Position numbers and translations under genes: made by a program
Shown: positions 8,407-17,569 of the stretch, piece by piece
How the letters are laid out: the number at the start of each line of letters is the position of its first letter
Numbering within the stretch: the stretch's first letter is position 1
The notes under the pieces: model-generated
What the model was told of the DNA's origin: nothing
Seen by the model: the letters and a program-made list of their open reading frames with translations, nothing else
The model's database searches: none
Assembly (NCBI GenBank): GCA_036498605.1
Contig: DASYFF010000149.1
Span: 1-54,020 of the forward strand
DNA: 54,020 bases
Reading direction: 5' to 3'
Source of the DNA: Acidimicrobiia bacterium
GTDB lineage: Bacteria > Actinomycetota > Acidimicrobiia > IMCC26256 > BP-133

Positions 8407-8736
8407 ATGGTCGATCGCGTGGATCTGCTCATCGCAGTGATTGGGATCGTCGTGAGCATTCTCGGCTCGTCGACCGCTCTCTGGATGGCCGTTTCCAAGA
8501 AGCCCGACAGGGAAGACCTTGGTCGTGTCGAGGTGAAGGTCGACGGGATCGAGAGCCGGTTCGACGGGCGGATCGACGGGGTCGAGAGCCGGCTCGAAGC
8601 ACGGATGGACCGAATCGAAGGCAAGCTCGACGCCGTCGGGAACCGGCTCGAGGGACGGATGGATCGCATCGAGGGCAAGCTCGACGCCTTGATCCTCCGT
8701 TTCGTACCGGATCACCTGCCGGAGACCGGCACGTAG
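8407..8736 (+). CDS. N-terminally membrane-anchored protein with 11-residue (33-bp) tandem repeats
   Basis: ATG at 8407, in frame with ORF 7606..8736. TM helix LLIAVIGIVVSILGSSTALWMAV, then VDGIESRFDGR / IDGVESRLEAR / MDRIEGKLDAV / GNRLEGR / MDRIEGKLDAL. Confidence 0.55.
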   Translation: MVDRVDLLIAVIGIVVSILGSSTALWMAVSKKPDREDLGRVEVKVDGIESRFDGRIDGVESRLEARMDRIEGKLDAVGNRLEGRMDRIEGKLDALILRFVPDHLPETGT

Positions 8737-8755
8737 CTCGCCATGTATGCCCGGG

Positions 8756-11700
8756 CTAGCTGGCCATCCCCACGATCGGGCTGCTGATCTTCTGGTCGGC
8801 GGTGGAGCCCTGGAAGCCGGCGGCGCCGAAGCTGAAGATGGCGCCGTCCTGGCCGACGAGCCAGTAGCCGTCGCCCTGGCGGGTCCGGGCCATGCCGACG
8901 ATCGGCTTGGCGAGGGGCTTGCCGCCCATCGACCCCAGGAACTTGGCGTCGCCGAAGGTGAAGATGCCCCCGTCGGGGGCCACGAACCGGTAGCCGTTCC
9001 CGCTCGGCGACGTCACCATGCCCACGATCGGTCTCGTCAGCTGGATGTTGCCCGTCGAGCCGTAGAACTTGGCGTCGCCGAAGGAGAAGATCCCGCCGTC
9101 CGAGGCCACGAGCCAGTACCCCTTGCCCGAAGGTGTCGCCGCCATTCCGACGATCGGCCGGGTCAGGGGCTGGCCGCCCATGGAGCCGAAGAACTTCGCG
9201 TCGCCGTACGAGAAGATCCCCCCGTCGGCGGCCACGAACCAGTAGCCCTGGCCCGACGGCGTCGCCGCCATGCCCACGATCGGGCTGCTCAGGGCGATGT
9301 TGCCGGTCGAGCCGTAGAACTTGGCGTCACCGTAGGAGAAGATCCCGCCGTCGGAGGCGACGAGCCAGTATCCGCCGTTGCTCGGCGTCGAGACCATCGT
9401 CACGATGGGCCGGGCCAGCTTCGTGCCGCCGGCCGAGCCGTAGAACTTGGCATCGCCGTAGGAGAAGATTCCGCCGTCGGCGGCCACGAACCGGTACCCC
9501 GGCCCGGAGAACGCCGGTGTGGCAGCCTTGCAATCGGTGCAGGGCCCGGGCAGGCCGGGCAGGTTGCGGACGAAGACGTCGTAGGCCTTGTTGGCGTCAC
9601 CGTCGACGAGGTTGGTGGCGCCCGACCCGAAGGCGATGATGACCCCGTTGCCGGCGATGCCGGGGAGGTACGACGGCCCGTCGGGGTTGAAGTTGTCCAC
9701 CCCGGGGCGGACGCTGATCCGGCTGATCCCGCCGTTGGCGATGTTGGCCAGGAAGACGTCGGGGGCGCCGTTGTTGTCGCCCGCCACCAGGTTGGGAGCG
9801 GCGGAGGCGAAGGCCACCGCCGAACCGTCGGCGTTGATGGCCGGCGCCGTGCTGGCGCCGCCCGGCACGCCGTTCGGCGGCTGGTCGACGAGGCGGGTCG
9901 AGTTGCCGGGGATGTCCCGGAGGAACACGTCGGTGTCGGGGTTCTGGTCCGCGCCGGTCGTCGGCAGGTTGGTCCCGTCGGAGGCGAAGGCCACCTTGGT
10001 GCCGTCGGCGCTGATCGACGGGTGGTAGCTGTTGCCCGTCGCCGGCGACTGGTGGGTGCTGCCGTCCGCCGCCTGGTAGGTGCTGTTGCTCATCGACGCC
10101 TTGGCCACCGAACCGCTCGGCAGGGCCACGTACACGTCGGTGTAGTTGGGCTTGGCGCCCGGCGGGTCGTCGCCGTCGTAGCCCGTCAGGCCGGTCGAGT
10201 CGGACAGGAAGGCCACCGAGCCGTCGTTGGCCACCGACGGTTCGAAGCTCGGCTTGCCGCCCGGGGTGCGGTTGGGGTTCTTGCCATTGGCCGCCGGCGG
10301 CTGCGTCGACACCATGACGAAGCTGCCGTCGCCGCCGGCGTCGGGGTTGCTCCACCGGTAGACGTTCAGGATGTTCCGGCTGTTGGGGATGGCGGTGCCG
10401 AAGGTGCCGGTCGAGTCGAAGGCCACGAACTTCCCGTTGGGGCTGACCGACGGATTGCGGCTCGGCGCCGCCCCGGCCCCCTCGGTGATCCGCTTCGTCT
10501 GGCCGGTCTGGCGATCGCGCAGGAAGATGTCCATCACGCCGTTGCTGTCGGCGCCGCCCGGCAGGAGGTTGCTGGCCGCCGACTGGAAGACCACGAACCG
10601 GCCGTCGCCGCTCACGCCGGGCTTGAAGCTGCCGGCGTTGGCCTGGGCGCCGTCGGCCCCCACGCTGATCCGCTCGGTGTGGTTGCCGGCCCGGTCCCGG
10701 ACGAACACGTCGGTCACGCCGTTCGTGTCACCGGCCACCAGGTTCGACGAGTCGGACTCGAAGGCAATGACGTTCCCGTCCCCCGACAGCGTCGGGGCGG
10801 CGGTCGGGGCGATGGCGAAACCCGATGCTTCGCCGCCGGCGGCGGGGACGCTGACCCTGGTCATGCTGGACGGCCCGGAGGCGCCCCCCGCCTGAGCCAG
10901 GAAGACGTCGACCGAGCCGTTGAAGTCGTCGCCCACGAGGTTGTCGGCGGCCGTTTCGAAGGCCACCCACCGGCCGTCGGCGCTGACCGACGGGTTGGAC
11001 GCCCCGCCGTTGGCCTGCTTGCCGCTGCCCATCTCCTGGCTCATGAGCATCGGCGTGCCCGACGCCCCGAGCCAGATCTGGTCGCTGTTGATCGGCAGGT
11101 CGTTGTACTTCGACGACGACTGGAAGACCAGCACGTTGCCGGTGGCGTCGAGGGAGGGCAGCACCGCCGCCTTCTGCTTGTTGGCGCAGGCCGTCGACGT
11201 GCAGTCGGCCTTGAGGTCCCCCGCCCCGGCCACGGTGCCGGCCGCCACTTCGTAGATGCCCTTCTTGGCTCCGATGGCCTCGGCGATGAAGGCGACGTGG
11301 CTCCCGTCGGCGGACAGGACGGCGGCGCCGGCCTTGGCGTCGTGGGAGGAGAGCTTGGTCGAGTTGCCGGCCAGATCGCGCACCGCGATGTCGGGGATGC
11401 CCTTGGTCTTCGACCCGGGCGGGAGGATGTCGTCGGCGTTGGTGGTGAAGGCCACCCGGTTGCCGGCGGCGTTGATCGTCGACTCCAGGCTCGGTGCGTT
11501 CCCCGACGAAGTGTTGCCGCTGTTGGCGCTGGCCAGGATCGTCGAGGGCGACGCGGCCGGGCTCTTGCGCACGTAGACCTGCTGGAAGGTCGTCGTGGCC
11601 CCCGGCACCAGGGCGTTGTAGGACGTGAACGAGGTGGTGCCGTCGTCGGCGATCGACGAGGCGAAGCTGGCGCCGGTGCCCTCGCTGGCGCCCTGCATGG

Positions 11701-12265
11701 CCACGCTCACGCGGTACAGCGCCTTCGTCGCCACGTTGTAGGCGAACACGTCGTTGGCGCCGTTGTTGTCGTTGGGCGTCAGGTTCGACGCCAGAGAGTC
11801 GAACGACACCCACTGGCCATTGGGGCTGATCGAGGCGCCCTGGCTCTCGCCGTTGGCCTCGGCGCCGCCGGCGCCGATGTTGATCCGCTCCACCGAGTCG
11901 ATCGTGGGCGCCGCCCCCGCCGTCGCCGACGGCGTGAGCGTCGTCAGGAAGATGTCGGTGTGCCCGTTGTTGTCGTTCGGGACGAGGTTGTTGGCCGCAG
12001 CGGCGAAGACGACGCGCACCTTGTTGTTGGCCGCGTCGAAGGCCACGGTCCGCTTGGTGCACTTGCCGGCGTTCTGGGCGTTGCACTGGAGCGAGCTCCC
12101 GGTGGGCAGCACGTTCCGTTCCCCGCCGCCGTCGGGGACGCTGATGCGATCGATTGTCCCTGGCGCCGGGGCGGCCAAACCCCTGGCCACCGGGCCCCAC
12201 ACGCCGGCGACCAGCACCAACCCGCCGACAAGCACTCCGAGCTGAGTAGACCGCAAGCGTCTCAT
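8756..12265 (-). CDS. large secreted protein: signal peptide, many TolB/PD40-like beta-propeller repeats, C-terminal 42-aa GYW repeats
   Basis: Start refined to MRRLRSTQLGVLVGGLVLVAG (ATG at 12265). Recurrent units such as SISPNGQWVSFDSLASNLTPNDNNGANDVF and PSISADGTKVAFASDGTNL..DTDVFLRD. The last ~247 aa are six GY(W/R)(L/F)V..DGGIFS(Y/F)GDAKFYGS..PIVGMA units. Confidence 0.8.
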   Translation of the reverse strand: MRRLRSTQLGVLVGGLVLVAGVWGPVARGLAAPAPGTIDRISVPDGGGERNVLPTGSSLQCNAQNAGKCTKRTVAFDAANNKVRVVFAAAANNLVPNDNNGHTDIFLTTLTPSATAGAAPTIDSVERINIGAGGAEANGESQGASISPNGQWVSFDSLASNLTPNDNNGANDVFAYNVATKALYRVSVAMQGASEGTGASFASSIADDGTTSFTSYNALVPGATTTFQQVYVRKSPAASPSTILASANSGNTSSGNAPSLESTINAAGNRVAFTTNADDILPPGSKTKGIPDIAVRDLAGNSTKLSSHDAKAGAAVLSADGSHVAFIAEAIGAKKGIYEVAAGTVAGAGDLKADCTSTACANKQKAAVLPSLDATGNVLVFQSSSKYNDLPINSDQIWLGASGTPMLMSQEMGSGKQANGGASNPSVSADGRWVAFETAADNLVGDDFNGSVDVFLAQAGGASGPSSMTRVSVPAAGGEASGFAIAPTAAPTLSGDGNVIAFESDSSNLVAGDTNGVTDVFVRDRAGNHTERISVGADGAQANAGSFKPGVSGDGRFVVFQSAASNLLPGGADSNGVMDIFLRDRQTGQTKRITEGAGAAPSRNPSVSPNGKFVAFDSTGTFGTAIPNSRNILNVYRWSNPDAGGDGSFVMVSTQPPAANGKNPNRTPGGKPSFEPSVANDGSVAFLSDSTGLTGYDGDDPPGAKPNYTDVYVALPSGSVAKASMSNSTYQAADGSTHQSPATGNSYHPSISADGTKVAFASDGTNLPTTGADQNPDTDVFLRDIPGNSTRLVDQPPNGVPGGASTAPAINADGSAVAFASAAPNLVAGDNNGAPDVFLANIANGGISRISVRPGVDNFNPDGPSYLPGIAGNGVIIAFGSGATNLVDGDANKAYDVFVRNLPGLPGPCTDCKAATPAFSGPGYRFVAADGGIFSYGDAKFYGSAGGTKLARPIVTMVSTPSNGGYWLVASDGGIFSYGDAKFYGSTGNIALSSPIVGMAATPSGQGYWFVAADGGIFSYGDAKFFGSMGGQPLTRPIVGMAATPSGKGYWLVASDGGIFSFGDAKFYGSTGNIQLTRPIVGMVTSPSGNGYRFVAPDGGIFTFGDAKFLGSMGGKPLAKPIVGMARTRQGDGYWLVGQDGAIFSFGAAGFQGSTADQKISSPIVGMAS
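8759..9499 (-). repeat. six tandem 126-bp coding repeats (42-aa GYWLV-x2-DGGIF-x-FGDA-x-F-x-GS-x8-PIVGM unit)
   Basis: Read from the translation of 8756..12310. The same unit recurs in the gene at 51769..53880. Confidence 0.8.
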
Positions 12266-12348
12266 GGCCGCTCTGACCTCACTAGGGCTCACTGGTAACA
12301 CAAGCCACAAAATAGGTCAGAAAATCCAAAATGTCGACGCCGAGGGTC

Positions 12349-12729
12349 CTAGAAGGCGGCTTCGATGACCTCCAGGTCGGTCGTTCCGTCCCGCCCGAGG
12401 GTCACGGAGGCGACGTCGAAGCGGACGTCGCCGAACCCGCCCGTCTCCGTCCCGGCCCCCTCGGCCAGCCACCGGGTGGCCAGGCGCCGGAGACGCCGCT
12501 GCTTCTCCCGGGTCACGGCCTCGGCCGGGATCCCGAATCCCGACCCCGTCCGGGTCTTGACCTCGCAGAACACCACGCCCCGCCCCCGGACCGCGACCAG
12601 GTCGAGCTCCCCTTCCCGGCACCGCCAGTTCCGGGCCAGCACGGTGTAGCCCCGCTCGGTGTACCAGGCCGCGGCGAGGTCCTCCCCCCGGGCTCCCAGA
12701 TCCAGTCGGCGCCGGTCGACCGGCGGCAT
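12349..12729 (-). CDS. yraN: YraN family (UPF0102) endonuclease-like protein
   Basis: Start refined to the internal ATG at 12729 (ATGA overlap with the upstream stop). GEDLAAAWYTERGYTVLARNWRCREGELDLVAV...VFCEVKTR is the family core. Confidence 0.8.
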   Translation of the reverse strand: MPPVDRRRLDLGARGEDLAAAWYTERGYTVLARNWRCREGELDLVAVRGRGVVFCEVKTRTGSGFGIPAEAVTREKQRRLRRLATRWLAEGAGTETGGFGDVRFDVASVTLGRDGTTDLEVIEAAF

Positions 12730-13022
12730 CAGATCTCCTTGCCGGCCAGCTCCTCCACGTTGACGTCCTTGAACGTCACCACGTGGACGTCGGAGACGAA
12801 CCGGGCCGGGCGGTACATGTCCCACACCCACGCGTCGTGGAGATGGACGTCGAAATACACCCGGCCGCCCTCGTTGCGGACCTCCATCTTCACGTCGTTG
12901 GCGAGGTAGAAGCGGCGCTCGGTCTCGACGACGTAGGAGAACATGGGTAGGACGTCGCGATACTCCTTGTAGAGCTGGAGTTCGATCTCGGTCTCGTACC
13001 GCTCGAGGTCTTCCGCGCTCAC
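12729..13022 (-). CDS. DUF2469 family protein
   Basis: 97 aa: MSAEDLERYETEIELQLYKEYRDV...VWDMYRPARFV. It sits in the conserved actinobacterial position next to lepB. GTG start with SD GGAGG about 5 nt upstream. Confidence 0.8.
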   Translation of the reverse strand: MSAEDLERYETEIELQLYKEYRDVLPMFSYVVETERRFYLANDVKMEVRNEGGRVYFDVHLHDAWVWDMYRPARFVSDVHVVTFKDVNVEELAGKEI

Positions 13023-13119
13023 CTACGCCTCCCGTTCCTGGTCAGCAGTGTAGAAGAACCCGCCCCGGGGGGCGCTGGAGCGGCGGCGCAAAAGGCCCCG
13101 AACCTCCCCGACCGGTCGG

Positions 13120-13839
13120 TCACAAGAAGCCGAGCCGGGTGAAGGGCCAGATCCGTAGGATCGCCCGGCCGACGATCTTCGATTCCTTGATCGGGCCGAA
13201 GACGCGCGAATCCGACGAGCGGTTGCGGTTGTCGCCCATCACCCACAGCTGGTCCTTGGGGATGGTCTTGGGCGGGAAGTCGCCGATCGGCTCCTCGGCC
13301 AGGTACGGCTCGACCAGCTGCCGGCCGTTGATGAAGATCTTCCCGTTCTTCCCCTCGACCGTCTCCCCCGGCAGCCCGATCACCCGCTTGATGAAGTCCT
13401 CCGTGGAGGGCTGGCGGAGGCCGACGCTCTCCAGCACGGTGTGGACGATCCGCGACGCCACCGGGTCGCTCTTGCCCTGCGTCTCGAAGGGCGAGGTGAA
13501 GACCACGATGTCGCCCCGGTGGGGTTCGTGGAGGTGGTAGGACATCCGGGAGACGAGCACCCGGTCGCCGATCTCGAGGGTGTGGACCATCGACTCGGAG
13601 GGGATGAAGAACGCCTGGGCGACGAACGTCTTGACCAGGAAGGCGATGACGAAGGCCACCCCGAGGAGGATGGGGAGCTCCCGCAGCAGGGACCGCGGCT
13701 TGGGCGGTGGCTGCTCCACCGGGGCGGGCCCCCCCGCCTCGGGGATGACGGCCGGCCAGCGCGACCAGGGCCGGCGACTGACGCCGGCGGTCGGGGCGGC
13801 AGTCGGCTCCCCCCCGGATTCAGAAGCGTCGGCCCCCAC
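13120..13839 (-). CDS. lepB: signal peptidase I
   Basis: TM anchor, then FIPSESMVHTLEIGDRVLV (Ser box) and GDNRNRSSDSR (box E). Confidence 0.9.
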   Translation of the reverse strand: MGADASESGGEPTAAPTAGVSRRPWSRWPAVIPEAGGPAPVEQPPPKPRSLLRELPILLGVAFVIAFLVKTFVAQAFFIPSESMVHTLEIGDRVLVSRMSYHLHEPHRGDIVVFTSPFETQGKSDPVASRIVHTVLESVGLRQPSTEDFIKRVIGLPGETVEGKNGKIFINGRQLVEPYLAEEPIGDFPPKTIPKDQLWVMGDNRNRSSDSRVFGPIKESKIVGRAILRIWPFTRLGFL

Positions 13840-13856
13840 TTCCAGACCCCGGTCGG

Positions 13857-14201
13857 TCAGAACCGCTTCTCCTTGACCTTGGCCGCCTTCCCGACCCGGC
13901 CCCGCAGGTAATACAGCTTCGCCCGGCGGACGTCACCCCGGGTGAGGACCTCGACCCGGGCCAGGATGGGCGAGTGGATCGGGAACGTCCGCTCGACGCC
14001 GACCCCGAAGCTCACCTTGCGGACGGTGAAGGTTTCCCGCACCCCGCTGCCCTGCCGGCGGATGACGACTCCCTGGAAGAGCTGCACCCGCTCCCGGTTC
14101 CCCTCGACGACGCGGACGTGGACCTTGAGCGTGTCGCCGGGCCCGAAGTCGGGAATGTCGTCGCGCAGCGAGGCGCGGTCGACGAGGTCGGTTCGTTGCA
14201 T
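13857..14201 (-). CDS. rplS: 50S ribosomal protein L19
   Basis: [37 protein letters not shown]...RRAKLYYLR. Confidence 0.95.
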   Translation of the reverse strand: MQRTDLVDRASLRDDIPDFGPGDTLKVHVRVVEGNRERVQLFQGVVIRRQGSGVRETFTVRKVSFGVGVERTFPIHSPILARVEVLTRGDVRRAKLYYLRGRVGKAAKVKEKRF

Positions 14202-14260
14202 GGGAGGCTCCTGCCCAGAAGAACGAATCGGAACGGCGGGGGAACGCCACAGTGTAACGA

Positions 14261-14977
14261 CTACGGCGCGTCATCCTCCAGCAGGGCCCGCTCGGCGTCG
14301 TTCAGGCCCCGCCGCTCGAGGAGGTCGGGGCGGCGGTCCCGGGTCCGCCGGAGGGCCTCGCCGTGGCGCCAGCGGGCGATCCGGCCGTGGTCGCCGGAGC
14401 GGAGGACGTCCGGGACCTCCCAGCCCCGGAAGTCGGCCGGGCGGGTGTACTGGGGGTACTCGACGAGCCCGTCGGCGAAGGACTCCTCCCCGGCCGAGGC
14501 CTCGTTGCCCATCACCTCGGGGAGGAGGCGGGCCACGGCTTCGACCACCACCAGGGCGGCCGCCTCCCCGCCGGCCAGGACGTAGTCGCCGACCGACAGC
14601 TCCCCGTCACAGAGGTGATCGGCCACCCGCTGGTCGACGCCCTCGTAGCGCCCGCACAGCAGGGAGAACCCGACCGTGGCGGCCAGCTCGGCGGCCGCCG
14701 CCTGGTCGAACGGTCGCCCGGCCGCCGACAGCAGGAACAGCGGACGGGGCGGGTCGACGGCCTCGACGGCGGCGAAGAGCGGCTCGGGCATCATCACCAT
14801 CCCCGCTCCGCCGCCGAAGGGGGTGTCGTCGACGGCCCGGTGCCGGTCGGTCGTCCAGTCCCGGGGGTCGTGGAGCCGCACGTCGAGCAGGCCCCGTTCC
14901 CGGGCCCGGCCCAGGAGCGAGGCGGACAACGGCGAGTCGAAGAAGCCGGGGAAGATGGTGAAGACGTCGATGCGCAC
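14261..14977 (-). CDS. trmD: tRNA (guanine37-N1)-methyltransferase
   Basis: Start refined to the GTG at 14977 ([13 protein letters not shown]), 12 nt after the rimM stop. [16 protein letters not shown]-binding knot motif. Confidence 0.9.
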   Translation of the reverse strand: MRIDVFTIFPGFFDSPLSASLLGRARERGLLDVRLHDPRDWTTDRHRAVDDTPFGGGAGMVMMPEPLFAAVEAVDPPRPLFLLSAAGRPFDQAAAAELAATVGFSLLCGRYEGVDQRVADHLCDGELSVGDYVLAGGEAAALVVVEAVARLLPEVMGNEASAGEESFADGLVEYPQYTRPADFRGWEVPDVLRSGDHGRIARWRHGEALRRTRDRRPDLLERRGLNDAERALLEDDAP

Positions 14978-14988
14978 GGCCGGCGGCC

Positions 14989-15507
14989 TCAGTCGAGCAG
15001 CCCGGCCGGCGGGTCGACCACGACCCGCCCGTCCGCCGCCTCGACGACGAACACCATCGGCACCAGCGCCCCGCTCTCCAGCACGAGGAGGTCGGACGCC
15101 GGGTTGGCCTCGACGGCCGCCACCCGGCCCAGGACCCGCCCGGCCAGGTCGAGCATCTCCGAGCCCACCAGCCGGTGGACCCACAGCTCATCGCCCTCGT
15201 CGTCGGCCGCCCCCGCCAGGGCCTCGCCGGTCAGCACCGTGCCCCGCAGACGCTCGGCGGTGGTCCGGTCGTCGAGCCCTTCGAAGCTGACGATCCACCG
15301 GTCACGGCTCATGCGCCCGGCGGGATCGGGGCCGCCCTGGACGCTGGCCCGGCACACGACCAGGGCCCGGTCCCCGGTCCACAGCACCGACCCGGCGGCG
15401 AAGCGCTCGGGCCGGTTGGACACCGCCTCGACCACGACCTCGCCCCGGATGCCGTGGGCCTTGACGATCCGCCCGATCTCGAGCCGGTCCGCCGGGGCCT
15501 CGGCCAC
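14989..15507 (-). CDS. rimM: 16S rRNA processing protein RimM
   Basis: LEIGRIVKAHGIRGEVVVE N-terminal beta-barrel motif plus a PRC-barrel C-terminal half. Confidence 0.9.
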   Translation of the reverse strand: MAEAPADRLEIGRIVKAHGIRGEVVVEAVSNRPERFAAGSVLWTGDRALVVCRASVQGGPDPAGRMSRDRWIVSFEGLDDRTTAERLRGTVLTGEALAGAADDEGDELWVHRLVGSEMLDLAGRVLGRVAAVEANPASDLLVLESGALVPMVFVVEAADGRVVVDPPAGLLD

Positions 15508-15521
15508 CGCGTCCGGGCCGG

Positions 15522-15887
15522 TCAGTCGACGATGTCGAGGCTGGCCCGCACGCCCTCCCGGGTGCCGGCGGCGGCCACGACCTGGCGGAGGGCCTGGGCC
15601 ACCCGGCCCCGGCGCCCGATCACCTTGCCCATGTCGGACGGCGACACGTGGAGGCGCAGCTCGATGTCGCCGCCGCGGCGTTCCGACGTCTCGACGAACA
15701 CCCCGTCGGGGTCGTCCACGATGTTGCGGGCGACGTACTCCAGCACGCCCTTGGGGAGGCCGCCGACGATGCGGTTCCCCTCGGCGGCGATCTCGTCGAC
15801 CTCGTCGTCGTCCTCGGCCGAGAGGTCGATGTCGTCCTCGTCGTCGAAGTCGTCGCTGGAGTCGAACTCTTCCTCTTCGGGGGTCAC
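15522..15887 (-). CDS. KH-domain RNA-binding protein (YlqC/UPF0109-like) with a poly-acidic N-terminal extension
   Basis: GTG at 15887 overlaps the rpsP stop (GTGA). KH core is [25 protein letters not shown]. The N-terminus is [31 protein letters not shown]. Confidence 0.8.
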   Translation of the reverse strand: MTPEEEEFDSSDDFDDEDDIDLSAEDDDEVDEIAAEGNRIVGGLPKGVLEYVARNIVDDPDGVFVETSERRGGDIELRLHVSPSDMGKVIGRRGRVAQALRQVVAAAGTREGVRASLDIVD

Positions 15888-16147
15888 TTCTGGCCGGCCT
15901 TGTGCTGCTCCCACGCCCCGGAGATGGTCAGCAGCCGCTGGACCTGCTCGGTGGGCTGGGCGCCCTTGCGGAGCCACTCCAGCGCCCGCTCGTTGTTGAT
16001 GTCGACGAGGGGCGGCTCTTCCCGGGGCCCGTACTTCCCGATGATCTCGACGAAGCGCCCGTCGCGGGGGGACCGGGCGTCGGCCACGACGACCCGGTAC
16101 GTCGGCTGCTTCTTCTTGCCCATCCGCATGAGGCGGATCTTCACCAC
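15884..16147 (-). CDS. rpsP: 30S ribosomal protein S16
   Basis: [34 protein letters not shown]. Confidence 0.95.
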   Translation of the reverse strand: MVKIRLMRMGKKKQPTYRVVVADARSPRDGRFVEIIGKYGPREEPPLVDINNERALEWLRKGAQPTEQVQRLLTISGAWEQHKAGQK

Positions 16148-16208
16148 AGGACTACCACCTTTTCTTCCACAGACAACCGGGAGAGGTTACAGCACCGCCG
16201 GGGCCGGA

Positions 16209-17549
16209 CTACATGCCCGGGAAGTCGCCCATGTTCGGCATCTTCGGGAAGCGGCCCTTCTTGCCTCCGGCGCCCGCCATCTGTTTCATCATCCCCTGGA
16301 CCATCTTGAACTGCTTGAGCAGGGCATTGACGTCCTGGGTGGTGGTGCCGCTGCCCTTGGCGATGCGGAGCCGCCGTGACCCGTTGATGAGCGAGATGTC
16401 GTTGCGCTCCTGGGGCGTCATCGACCGGATGATCGCCTCGACCTTGCCCAGCTCCTTGTCGTCGACCTGGGTGTTCTTCAGCTCCTTGGGCATCCCCGGG
16501 ATCATCCCGATGATGTTCTGCAGCGGCCCCATCTTCTTGACCTGCTGCATCTGCTCCAGGAAGTCGTCGAGGGAGAAGTTCCCCTTGCGGAGCTTGGTGG
16601 CGGCCTTGACGGCCTGCTCCTGGTCGAAGTTGGCCTCGGCCTTCTCGATCAGGGTGAGGACGTCACCCATCCCCAGGATCCGGCCCGCCATCCGGTCGGG
16701 GTGGAAGGGCTCGAAGTCGACCAGCTTCTCGCCGACACCGGCGAAGAGGATCGGCTTCCCCGTGACCTCCTTGACCGACAGGGCGGCGCCGCCCCGGGCG
16801 TCGCCGTCGAGCTTGGTCAGCACGACGCCGTCGATCCCCACCGTCTCGGCGAACGACTCGGCCACGCTGACCGCCTCCTGGCCGGTCATGGCGTCGACCA
16901 CCAGCAGGACGTTGTCGGGCTCGACCACCTCCCGCATCCGGCGCAGCTCGTCCATCAGCGCCTCGTCGATCTGGAGGCGCCCGGCGGTGTCGAGGACGAT
17001 GACGTTCTTGCCCAACCGGCCGGCCTCGTTGCGGGCGTTGCGGGCCACGGCCACCGGGTCGGTCGGCTCGGAGTAGACCGGCACTCCGACCTGCTCGCCC
17101 AGCACCTGCAGCTGGGTGACGGCCGCCGGCCGCTGGAGGTCGGCCGCCACCAGCAGCGGCTGGAGCCCCTGGCTCTTGAGGTGGCGGGCCAGCTTGCCGC
17201 AGGCGGTCGTCTTGCCCGAGCCCTGGAGGCCGACCAGCATCACGACCGTCGGCGGCTTGGGGTTCATGGCCAGCTTGCCGGTCTCCCCGCCCAGGGTGTT
17301 GATCAGCTCCTGGTGGACGATCTTGATGACCTGCTGGGCCGGCGAGAGGCTCTTGGACAGATCGGCCCCGGCCGCCTCCTCCTTGACCCGGTTGATGAAG
17401 CTCTTGACGACCTTGAAGTTGACGTCGGCTTCCAGGAGGGCGAGGCGGATCTCCCGGGCGATCTCGTCGATCTCCTTCTCCCCCAGGCGGCCGCGGCCGC
17501 GCATGCGGGTGAAGATCGACTCGAAGCGGTCGGACAGTGAATCGAACAT
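16209..17549 (-). CDS. ffh: signal recognition particle protein Ffh (SRP54)
   Basis: Start refined to MFDSLSDRFESIF (ATG at 17549). GLQGSGKTT, DTAGR and TKLDGD GTPase boxes, Met-rich M domain at the C-terminus. Confidence 0.95.
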   Translation of the reverse strand: MFDSLSDRFESIFTRMRGRGRLGEKEIDEIAREIRLALLEADVNFKVVKSFINRVKEEAAGADLSKSLSPAQQVIKIVHQELINTLGGETGKLAMNPKPPTVVMLVGLQGSGKTTACGKLARHLKSQGLQPLLVAADLQRPAAVTQLQVLGEQVGVPVYSEPTDPVAVARNARNEAGRLGKNVIVLDTAGRLQIDEALMDELRRMREVVEPDNVLLVVDAMTGQEAVSVAESFAETVGIDGVVLTKLDGDARGGAALSVKEVTGKPILFAGVGEKLVDFEPFHPDRMAGRILGMGDVLTLIEKAEANFDQEQAVKAATKLRKGNFSLDDFLEQMQQVKKMGPLQNIIGMIPGMPKELKNTQVDDKELGKVEAIIRSMTPQERNDISLINGSRRLRIAKGSGTTTQDVNALLKQFKMVQGMMKQMAGAGGKKGRFPKMPNMGDFPGM

Positions 17550-17569
17550 GAGGCCCGGAAGTGTAAGGC

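Noticed and set aside
8747-12298. A 1183-aa ORF on the + strand, co-extensive with the 1184-aa minus-strand ORF.
   Set aside because: Its product is Arg/Gly/Ala/His-rich low-complexity sequence that mirrors the repeats of the opposite strand. The minus strand has a signal peptide and recognisable PD40/GYW repeats. This is the usual wobble-sharing antisense open frame of very high-GC DNA.
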